A DNA stretch of 32,000 bases from Wallemia ichthyophaga EXF-994 (Eukaryota; Fungi; Basidiomycota): positions 540,244-572,243 of the forward strand of contig NW_008806274.1 in NCBI RefSeq assembly GCF_000400465.1, in the 5' to 3' direction. The notes beneath the pieces are model-generated. The model worked only from the letters and a program-made list of their open reading frames with translations. It searched no databases and had not been told where the DNA came from. The position numbers were made by a program, and so were the translations under genes. This document shows positions 1-8,574 of this stretch, piece by piece; position 1 is the stretch's first letter, and every line of letters begins with the position of its first letter.

Positions 1-2317
1 GTGGTGGATCAGGTGCCAAGAGGCGCAGAAGCAGTGAAGGCACACCAAACAAAAAGGGAAAAATGCTCACGAATGAGGAATTAATGGAGAGTATCAGACA
101 GAAGACACTTAATCAGGAACTCCAATTTAAGGATCATGTGGAAGAGCTCGAACGTGTGCGCAAGAATAAATACAACATACCTAAACCCAAGACGGAGCTG
201 TCTGAGCGCATTGATCCGGTAGAGGCGGCCATTAAACGTGCTGAAAGAAAGTCGGAAATATATGCTGATATTGGAGCTGATGATGGAGTAGACAGTGACG
301 ACGATGCTGAGGACGAAGACTGGGCGGGATCGGCTGATGAAGAGGAAGATAAGCCAGCGATTGCATCAGGCTCTGAACGAGGATCAGAAGAACCTGACGA
401 GAATGAGATAGAGAAGGAAAACCACTCATCCTTCTCATCTAATGCTACGAGTGGCAGACCCGAAAACACTCGCAAACCTCTAGGAGAAGCAACCGGACAT
501 GCCTATGATAATGCCAGCGATGATAGCGACGGAGAAGTTCGCGGATATAGGCGGATAAGGAGGATTATCAATGATGACAAGGATGAGGAGCAAAATGAGG
601 CTAGTAAGATTGAGGGTAGATTGGAGTCACCATTTGAAGATAATTCACAGCCTGAGTTTTACATGAATGAGGATGGGCTGCTGACACAGTCGAAGCCGTC
701 AATGGAATTCGCTGAGGAGGGTATGCAAGTGGATAGAACTGAAGAAGTCAATCATGGTAATCAGCTCAGACGCAGATCATATGTGAGTGATAATGACGAT
801 GAGGGTTATGTAGCGAGGAAGCCAATGAGACAGACACAGCAAGCAACTCAAGCGACTCAACCAACCCAGGTAACGGAAGCAACTCAAGCAGCCACACAAC
901 CAGCCACAGAAATCAAGACACAGCAGCTTACGCAAATTGAACCAATACCGACAATGAAAGAATCAACGCAAGCCACTCAAGCTAAACAAACCATCCAAGC
1001 ACCAGCCAGCCCATCTTACAGCGACAGTGACAGTGAGCAAGAGCAACCACCAAAACCATCGAGGAGTGCATTCGATACACTCAAGAAGGGAATGAAGAGG
1101 CAGGAAGAGAGGCAGAAGCGACCAATTGATCCGCGCTACTTTGAAGCACAAGCTGAGATATCTGATGAGGACAACCTGGTAGGATTGATTAGTGATGATG
1201 AAGAAGATGACGAAAGAAACAATCGCCAATTAGATGAGCTGGTGAATGACGACAGGGTGGCACGGGAGACGCGCGACAAGCAGGATAAGTTGGCTACCGA
1301 GAAGTACCAAGAGCAGTTAAAAGAGGACGATGAACTGGATAAGAAGGTAGCGCAAAATGCTGCAGATGGTCGGTATAGATATAGGAGGAGACATCGTAAT
1401 GAGGATGGATTGGAGATGAGTAGTGATGACGATGATATCGAGTTCATGAAGGCGCAGGAACAATTGGCGACTAGGTTGGCAAAGAGAAGAAGGAAACAGG
1501 CTGGAGAAGAGCCGATGGAGAGATATGGTGGGTTTAGATGGATTTTTCTATAATTGACGCTGACATTTGCACTCGATACAGCTCGTAATCCTAGAACTGC
1601 TGCTTTCGTCGCTGCGTTCGAGGCGCCTGCGAATGCTGAAGATTTTGAAGCGGACTTTGATGTGGAACATACAGGTGGACCTTTGATCGAGCAGCCGGAG
1701 CATAGGAAGGATAGTGAAAACAGTGCCAGCGACAGCGTAGATGAGGATGAGGATAGTGATGTATCTGAAAGTACACATCAAAATGACAGCGTTAGGGTGA
1801 AAAAGCAGATGACGTTGAAGGAAGAAGCAGCAGCAATGCGCAATTTCATGGAAAGGGTAGGTCTGCTGCCTTTAACGGTAGCGCCGCAGCTGAGATAACA
1901 ATAACACAGAAACACGCGTACGAAAACATACAGTCGAGCGACTCGGAAGACGAGAGCCAGGCTATGCAGTTCGTCAGGAAGGGCGATCCGGGTAAGCAGA
2001 AGCAGAAGCCGCGCATCGAGAGGCGGGAGAATGATGACGAGGATACTGTGCCGTCGTACGCCAAGGGTCGTAGACCGCTTTCGCCACGCTCGTTGAGCAA
2101 GTTGAAGAAATATGCGCAAGACGAAGGTAGTGGGGTCAACTACTCTGCTGGCGGGGGAAGGAAGGGAGTGACATCGTTTTTGTCAGAATCAAATAGCGCT
2201 GGAGTTAAGAAGAAGCATCAGAGTGCGTCCAAGACGAAGCCATTGCAGTCGCAATCGCAGCAGTCATCGCAATCGAAGCCATCGTCCAAACTAAGTTCGT
2301 TCGGGAAGTGGAGTTGA
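1..2317 (+). CDS. MRC1: MRC1/claspin-like replication checkpoint mediator, 5'-partial; exons <1..1527, 1582..1856, 1910..2317
   Basis: The frame is open upstream of the ATG at 63 to the window edge. The protein is acidic and low-complexity, with a dense TQ cluster at 831-980 and an MRC1-like segment YFEAQAEISDEDNLVG. Introns 1528-1581 (GTGGGT..TACAG) and 1857-1909 (GTAGGT..CACAG) join three track ORFs in frame. Confidence 0.8.
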
Positions 2318-2384
2318 ATAGTGTGTAAATCTATATGTATGATTATCGTGGTAACTGTTACATGAAATTGTACAGCACACAAAT

Positions 2385-3962
2385 TTAGAGATGTGCCGTG
2401 GCAGTTGTGCGCCTATAGTAATCGGCTTTAATGAGATCGGATGCTCTTTCAGCTACCATTTCGACAGTGATCATAGGATTAGCGGTGACCATAGAGGGGA
2501 AGACAGAAGCGTCTACCACTCTAATACCTTTCATGCCCCTAATTCTGAGGAGAGGGTCTAAAACAGCGGATGGATCATTAGCTGCGCCCATTTTGCACGT
2601 ACCTGCTGGATGGTAGACGGTGTGGTGGACAGCTCTGCCGTATTTACCAATATCTTCATCGCTCTGCACGTGTGAACCAGGGGCAACTTCCTCTTTGAGC
2701 CACTTGGCGAACGGCTCCTGTTTAGCGATCTCCCTTGCAATTTTGATGCCGTCAATGATAGTCCGCTCATCTTGGCGAGCGGGGTCGGTGAAATAGCGAA
2801 AGTCGAGTGCGGGCTTGACGGAAGGATCGGCGCTAGTGAGGTAGAGTCTGCCGACCGACTTGGGTCTGCAGACATTAGGTGTCATGCATATAGCGTGCTC
2901 GGGGCGTGGGTAGCCGAGTCGCGCGGTGTTGTCAGCGAAAGGAACAGAATAGACGTGGAACATGAGATCTGGGCGTGTTTCGCCGTATTCTTTAACGCGC
3001 TGAATAAAGAGAGCCGCATCGGATTCCATTACTGTCTTGTCCTCGAGCGGCGCATGGAGCGACCACATGATGATGGACTCGGGATGGTCGAGCAGATTCT
3101 CACCGACTGGCAAATCAGCAGTAAGAGGAATGTTGAGGCGACGGAGCTGCTCAGCGGGACCAATGCCGTTGAGGAGGAGGAGTCTAGGTGAGTCGATAGC
3201 GCCAGCAGAAAGCAAAACCTCATGTCGACACCTGAAAGTGGTGCGTGACCCGCCTTCCGGTGTAGCTTCAACACCGACCACTCGATCCCCATCAAAGAGG
3301 AGCTTGTCGACCCACGAATTCAGCATGAGGTGCAAGTTAGGCCGTTTGTCCATGATAGGATGCATGTATGCGACTGAAGCCGACGACCGCTTCCCGTCGT
3401 GGGGTGTGTATGCAATGCTCAGCCAGCCCACACCCTCCGTCCACACCTTGGTGCCGTGCGAGTGGCGAGTCTGCGCCCAAGAGTCGAAGTTGTCGATCAC
3501 AGGCACGCTAGTGGCCCGTTGCGAGGCGTCTATCCAGTCGCCCATGATCGGGTTGCGGTCTTTGTGCGCCGGCGGCTGGATGTGATTGAGGAGGCGATCG
3601 CCGTACGCCTGCATCGTGTGGCTGTCCCATCCGCGCGCACCACGCTTCACCCACTCATCGAGATCTTGCGGAAAGGGGCGGAAACAGATGAGAGTGTTGT
3701 GGGAGCTGCACCCGCCGAGTACTTTGGCGCGTGAGTGCAGGATGTGCGAGTTGCCGTGTGGCTGCGCGACGGTCGGGTAGGCGTAGTCGAGCTCCCCGCC
3801 GAGCAGAGACAGCCAGGATCGCAGCTGGAGCACCTCCGGGTGGTTGCGGTCGTCGGGGCCGCCTTCGATCACGAGCACTGATATCTCTGGCACCTCGGTC
3901 AATCTGTTTGCCAGCACCAGCCCCGCTGTACCGCCGCCGATGATTATATAGTCGAATTCCAT
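2385..3962 (-). CDS. codA: Choline oxidase (GMC oxidoreductase, CodA type), intronless, about 525 aa; an alternative in-frame upstream ATG lies at 4037
   Basis: FAD-binding motif DYIIIGGGTAG; HSRAKVLGGCSSHN carries the His that covalently binds FAD in Arthrobacter choline oxidase; HTVYHPAGT carries the active-site His; C-terminal ANPMITV..AER; the protein ends in -AHL (PTS1 consensus). Confidence 0.85.
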   Translation of the reverse strand: MEFDYIIIGGGTAGLVLANRLTEVPEISVLVIEGGPDDRNHPEVLQLRSWLSLLGGELDYAYPTVAQPHGNSHILHSRAKVLGGCSSHNTLICFRPFPQDLDEWVKRGARGWDSHTMQAYGDRLLNHIQPPAHKDRNPIMGDWIDASQRATSVPVIDNFDSWAQTRHSHGTKVWTEGVGWLSIAYTPHDGKRSSASVAYMHPIMDKRPNLHLMLNSWVDKLLFDGDRVVGVEATPEGGSRTTFRCRHEVLLSAGAIDSPRLLLLNGIGPAEQLRRLNIPLTADLPVGENLLDHPESIIMWSLHAPLEDKTVMESDAALFIQRVKEYGETRPDLMFHVYSVPFADNTARLGYPRPEHAICMTPNVCRPKSVGRLYLTSADPSVKPALDFRYFTDPARQDERTIIDGIKIAREIAKQEPFAKWLKEEVAPGSHVQSDEDIGKYGRAVHHTVYHPAGTCKMGAANDPSAVLDPLLRIRGMKGIRVVDASVFPSMVTANPMITVEMVAERASDLIKADYYRRTTATAHL

Positions 3963-4043
3963 CTGCCTGTTTGATTTGAAAATTTTTGATTCGCCGTCGT
4001 CGTCGCCAGAAGAAAAGTTTACTATCTCATCTGTCATCAACTC
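3963..4043. promoter_or_regulatory. Putative ultra-short bidirectional promoter between codA and the ALDH
   Basis: Only 81 nt separate the divergent ATGs. The interval contains an AT-rich TGAAAATTTTT element at about 3977-3987 inside otherwise GC-rich DNA. Confidence 0.5.
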
Positions 4044-5608
4044 ATGGCGTCACCGAAATTATACACAACGATCCACGCGCTTAAGACAAAGATCGAGGTG
4101 CCGCTGGGGCTGTTTATCGACGGGGAGTTCAGGCGGGGAGGCGGTGCAGCCTTGTGAGTTGAAGTGGGTGGATAACGGCGATGTGCACGCTGACACGACG
4201 CAGCCACACGATAAACCCCGAGAACGAGCAGCCAGTGGTCGCAGATACCGTGCAAGCCGCGAGCAAGGCTGATGTCGATGCCGCAGTGAGCGCAGCCCGC
4301 CTAGCATACAACACGACATGGGGGCAGACAGTGGAAGGGAGTGAGCGATCGCGGCTAATGCGCAAGCTGGCCGACCTGATAGACCGTGATACATGCCTAC
4401 TCGCTGCGGTGGAAGCACTCGACGGCGGCAAGACGGTTACGTGGTGTGAGGGCGATATCGCCGACGCGTCTGCCTGTTTGCGCTACTATGCCGGTTGGGC
4501 TGACAAGATACACGGGCAGACACTCGAAGGACATGCGCCTACGAAGATGTCCTTCACCCTCCACGAGCCCGTCGGCGTCGTGGGGCAGATCGTACCGTTC
4601 AACTACCCGCTCATGATGGCAGGCTGGGCGATTGCGCCTGCGCTAGCAGTTGGCTGCTCTGTCGTATTCAAGCCGGCTGAGGCGACGCCGCTGTCCACGC
4701 TCCTCCTTGCGCAGCTGGTGCATGAGGCCGGCTTCCCAAAGGGTGTGTTCAACGTCGTCAACGGTAGCGGGCGCGAGACAGGCGCGGCGATTGCAGAGCA
4801 CCCCGATATCGACAAGGTATCTTTCACCGGTTCCACAGCTACTGGCCGCGGCATTGCCGTTGCTGCAGCGCGCTCCAATCTCAAGAAAGTGAGCTTGGAA
4901 CTTGGCGGAAAATCTCCCAGTCTCGTCTTTCCCTCTGCGGACATAGACGAGGCCGTCAAATGGAGTGCGTTTGGCGTGTTTGAAAACGCTGGACAAAGCT
5001 GCTCCGCCGGCACGCGTCTTCTCGTGCACGAAAGCGTATATGAGCAGTTCGTAAACAAGCTAGCACATGCGGCTGACGCGATAAAACTCGGCAGCGTACT
5101 CGATCGGTCCACGCAACAGGGACCACAGATCCACCGCGCACAGTTCGAAAAGGTCATGCAGTATATAGATATTGGTAAGGCAGAAGGTGCGCGCGTGGTT
5201 GCAGGTGGTACGCGTTACGGTGATACTGGCCTCTTTATCCGCCCGACCGTCTTTGCGGACGTACATAACGGCATGCGTATCGCGCAGGAGGAGATATTCG
5301 GACCCGTCGTTGTCGTGATTCCCTTCAAAAACGAAGACGAGGCGGTGGAAATGGCGAATGATACCTCTTACGGCCTCGCTGCGGCTATACACAGCAAGCA
5401 GGCAGATGAGGTGGGAAGGGTGATGCACCATCTCAAGGCGGGAACGGTTTGGGTTAATCAGTACACCATGCTCTCGCATAACACGCCTTTTGGTGGTTAT
5501 AAGCAGAGTGGGTGGGGCAGACAACTCGGCAGCTACGGACTCGACGCGTACATGAATGTGAAGGGCGTTAGCTGGAACTACGGCCCTGAGGCGGCGCCCA
5601 AGTTATGA
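4044..5608 (+). CDS. NAD(P)+ aldehyde dehydrogenase, probable betaine aldehyde dehydrogenase; exons 4044..4153, 4204..5608; 504 aa
   Basis: The true N-terminus MASPKLY..VPLGLFIDGEF is joined by intron 4154-4203 (GTGAGT..GCTGAC..CAG) to FHTINP. Motifs present: PFNYP, KPAEATP, FTGSTATG, LELGGKSP (catalytic Glu), AGQSCSAG (catalytic Cys), EEIFGPV. The protein ends in -PKL. ALDH family membership is certain; the betaine aldehyde substrate is inferred from adjacency to codA. Confidence 0.8.
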
Positions 5609-5751
5609 TGTGGTGGGTTTTCGAGTGGGCGATTTCGTAATTTTTGTAGTTTGTTTTGAATAGTGAGTAGTGAGTAGTGATTACTGTTTAGAGAGCAGCC
5701 TGTAGTATAAAAATCAAAGCGATAATTAGCAATACACTGTGTACCTGAATC

Positions 5752-5848
5752 AGGCACACTCGAGGCACCCTGAGTGTTGAGCGAGTGCCTTGAGTGCCTT
5801 AGTGCTGGGTGCCTTGCCAGCGACGCCTCCGCCTCAGCCTCAACACTC
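5752..5848. repeat. Cluster of direct and inverted AGGCAC/GTGCCT and GCCTC motifs
   Basis: AGGCAC at 5752 and 5763; GTGCCT at 5785, 5794 and 5809; GCCTC at 5825, 5831 and 5837; a perfect 10-bp inverted repeat GAGTGTTGAG (5772-5781) / CTCAACACTC (5839-5848). Confidence 0.7.
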
Positions 5849-5993
5849 TAACCAACCACCAAATATTCCCGCACGACCACCGATCACCTGCACCAAGCTG
5901 AAGCGACACCGCTAGCGAAGAGAGCAGGGCAACGTGAAAAAATAAATAATAAAACTAATTCGTAAGCAGCGCACACCCAACGCAACACGCACA

Positions 5994-6302
5994 ATGACGC
6001 TCACAGGCGGCAGTACAGGAGCAGGAGCAGGAGCAGGAATGGGTCCAGGGATGCCCATGGATAATAGCGTGCACGGAGACGGCCGCTGCAACGTCTACCC
6101 CCTCTCTACAGATAGATTGGAGTGCCTGCCATCACCATCAAATGCGCAGGTAGCGGTGGCTGTCGTGCTCGGTGGACTCGCCGTCGTGGCATACACCGCC
6201 GTCGTCGCAGCCTTGCTGCTCGTCCGCAGGAGGGCGAGACTGGGCGAGAAGGAGCGCGAGCAGGAGTGTGAGTGCAAAGGCGTGGACGGGATAGTGGGGT
6301 AG
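5994..6302 (+). CDS. Hypothetical small single-pass membrane protein (102 aa)
   Basis: An AT-rich tract lies upstream, the ATG context is ACAATG, and a 25-aa hydrophobic stretch VAVAVVLGGLAVVAYTAVVAALLLV is followed by RRRAR. I recognise no family. Confidence 0.4.
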   Translation: MTLTGGSTGAGAGAGMGPGMPMDNSVHGDGRCNVYPLSTDRLECLPSPSNAQVAVAVVLGGLAVVAYTAVVAALLLVRRRARLGEKEREQECECKGVDGIVG

Positions 6303-6407
6303 TATATTCCATCAACAAGCAAGCCATCAACCAAATCAACGCTATCTATCTATCTATATGATACAAACGAAACAGGAAGCAATCCACACACTCACACTGA
6401 CTCCCAC

Positions 6408-8150
6408 TTACTCCATCGCAGCAAGGCGATAATCCGCGAGGTTGTGATGTTGAGACGGGGAAGGCGATCCAAAGAGGCGATCGCGCCCATTGAGGGATTT
6501 CGGAAAGGCGATGGTGTCACGAATAGAGGTTGTATCGCACATGAGAGCGATGAGCCTGTCGAGCCCGAGCGCAATACCAGCGTGAGGGGGGGCACCACTA
6601 GCTAGGGCTTGTAGGAGGTGACTGAATCTACCCACCTCCTTCTCGCTCAGACGTAAGACGTCTCTAAAAACACTCTCTTGTAAATCCGCCTCATGAATAC
6701 GCACACTGCCCCCACCGATTTCGCACCCGTTGAGTACGAGGTCGTAGTGCTGGCCGCGCACGCGCTCTGGGTTTGTGTGGAGGAGGTGCACGTCGTCTGC
6801 ATGTGGTGCTGTGAAAGGATGGTGAGTGGAGGCGTAACGCCCACGTGAGAGATGTGCTTTATCCTCATCCGCACGCGTGAAGAGCGGGAACTCGGTGATC
6901 CACGTGAAAGCATAGGGTGTGGTGTGGGGGAGGGCGAGGTGATCTGCAAGCGCCAGACGCAGTGCTCCCAGTGCAGTTCCCCCACCGTCGGGATACACCG
7001 GCGTATCTTCACACCACACCACATCCCCCTCTTGCAGGCCGAGCGAGGCGACCATCTGTGGTGTGGGCGGAGTAGGAGGGTGAGCAGCGTAGAATTCTGC
7101 GCTCACTCGCGAGGCTGTCTCTTTGTCCAGCGTGAGTGCTCGCGTCTGCATTTGAGTTTGCTTTACGCCACCACTACCTACACACTCACCTCCACCCTCA
7201 GCCACGCCGCGTATGGCCAAATCGAATCGCAGGTCGGGCTTGTCGGAGCCGTAAGTGTTCATGGCGTGCGTGTAGGACATGACGGGTATGCTTGGAATGT
7301 GGGTGTGCATATACCGCGCCCACAACTCCCCCACTAGCCCTTGGATAAGCTGGCGGATCTGCTCACCACCGATATTCCACCCGCGCGCGCACGAGTCAGG
7401 CGAGGCAGCACCATTGACATAGGCCATTTCAACATCCAGCTGGGTAAACTCAGGCTGCCTATCCTTCCTGCCATCCTCATCACGGAAACACCTAGCAATC
7501 TGGAAATAGGCGTCAGTGCAGCCAGAAGCAATGAGGAGCTGCTTGGGTTGCTGGGGCGATTGGGAGAGCGCGTAGAAGGAGGGAGTGTCGGAGGAGCGTG
7601 TGGGGACGAGGAACTCCCGCGCGCCTTCGGAAGAAGAGTTGAGGAGGATCGGAGTTTCGATCTCGGTGAAGCTGAGGGAGTGGAGGTGGGTGCGGATAGA
7701 GTGGGTGATCTGAGACCGGCGCTGGAGAGTTTGGGTGAGGCGCGTGCTGCGCAGGTCGAGATAGCGGTGCTTCAGCTTGAGATCGACGTCGGAGGAGCAA
7801 GTGGGGGAGAGAGGATTGAAAGGGAGTGAGCGGGCCGCGTTGAGCATGTCGAGGCGGTGCACGTCGAGCTCGATGCTGCCTGTCCTCAAATTGGAATTGG
7901 ACGAGTCACGGAGCTTCACTTGGCCAGAAACCTGGATAACTGAGTTTGTCGTAGTGTTTGGTGGGATTAAAGTATTTGGTGTGATTAGCTGTATAACACC
8001 GCTGTGATCTCTCAAGTCGATGAAAGATTTCGCCTTGTTCAGCCGTCGAATCGAGATCAAATGGCCAGCGAGGTTTACAGTGCTATTGAGATCATCAACA
8101 CCAACTAAACCACACAATTTTGATCTTTTGAATAAATTAGAGAGTGTCAT
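6408..8150 (-). CDS. MSD1: Aspartyl-tRNA synthetase, mitochondrial/bacterial type, intronless, 580 aa
   Basis: OB-fold FIDLRDHSG; ETPIL..SSEGAREFLVP; LSQSPQQPKQLL; motif 2 YFQIARCFRDEDGRKDRQPEFTQLDVEM; HHPFTAP; YDLVLNGCEIGGGSVRIH; motif 3 GAPPHAGIALGLDRL. Confidence 0.93.
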   Translation of the reverse strand: MTLSNLFKRSKLCGLVGVDDLNSTVNLAGHLISIRRLNKAKSFIDLRDHSGVIQLITPNTLIPPNTTTNSVIQVSGQVKLRDSSNSNLRTGSIELDVHRLDMLNAARSLPFNPLSPTCSSDVDLKLKHRYLDLRSTRLTQTLQRRSQITHSIRTHLHSLSFTEIETPILLNSSSEGAREFLVPTRSSDTPSFYALSQSPQQPKQLLIASGCTDAYFQIARCFRDEDGRKDRQPEFTQLDVEMAYVNGAASPDSCARGWNIGGEQIRQLIQGLVGELWARYMHTHIPSIPVMSYTHAMNTYGSDKPDLRFDLAIRGVAEGGGECVGSGGVKQTQMQTRALTLDKETASRVSAEFYAAHPPTPPTPQMVASLGLQEGDVVWCEDTPVYPDGGGTALGALRLALADHLALPHTTPYAFTWITEFPLFTRADEDKAHLSRGRYASTHHPFTAPHADDVHLLHTNPERVRGQHYDLVLNGCEIGGGSVRIHEADLQESVFRDVLRLSEKEVGRFSHLLQALASGAPPHAGIALGLDRLIALMCDTTSIRDTIAFPKSLNGRDRLFGSPSPSQHHNLADYRLAAME

Positions 8151-8170
8151 GGTGGTTGTGGTACAAGCTT

Positions 8171-8550
8171 CTATTTCTTACGATTTCCACCTTTTCTACC
8201 GTTGAAAGATGCCCCAGATCTCGCCTGCTGGCGCTTGCGATGTCTGCCTACGTCTCGGCCGTGGGTTGAAACCTTTTTGTCGGTATTCGAATCGGTGTTG
8301 ATGGGCATCTCACCAGCACCCAGATCCTCTGCAAACTCAGGTCTATTGTCCTTAATAGCCTCGTCAGATGGCTGTGTGCTGGTCAGTCTACTGTTCAGCC
8401 TAGCCAGCCTCGCTTGATCCTTTATATGGTAATCTGAATCCTCCCTGCTACGCTTAGCAGATCTGTGCGCCTTTTTCACATTTGATCCTGTAAGCCTGGT
8501 TAAGTCTGAGCCACTTGATTGGGAAATAACCCACTCATGGATTTCGCCAT
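8171..8550 (-). CDS. DUF2423 / LLPH-like small basic protein; exons 8550..8535, 8487..8171; 110 aa
   Basis: Intron 8534-8488 (GTGGGT..TTACAG) restores MAKSMRSNVKKAHRSAKR..QARLARLNSRL. This matches the MAKSxRS..K..R..KR N-terminus of yeast YBL028C/LLPH-type proteins, and the C-terminus is K/R-rich. Confidence 0.75.
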
Positions 8551-8574
8551 CTTGGTTGTTCAACTCTAACCATC

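Noticed and set aside
2385-3962. Bacterial horizontal transfer of the intronless, GC-rich choline oxidase
   Set aside because: The neighbouring housekeeping AspRS is equally GC-rich and intronless, the partner ALDH has a normal intron, and the protein carries a PTS1. Composition alone cannot support HGT; only a phylogeny could.
5700-5744. Intron-like minus-strand stretch GTACAC..GCTAAT..TACAG suggesting a hidden antisense gene
   Set aside because: The flanking frames have no convincing start codon or recognisable protein, and the open frame would run antisense into the ALDH.
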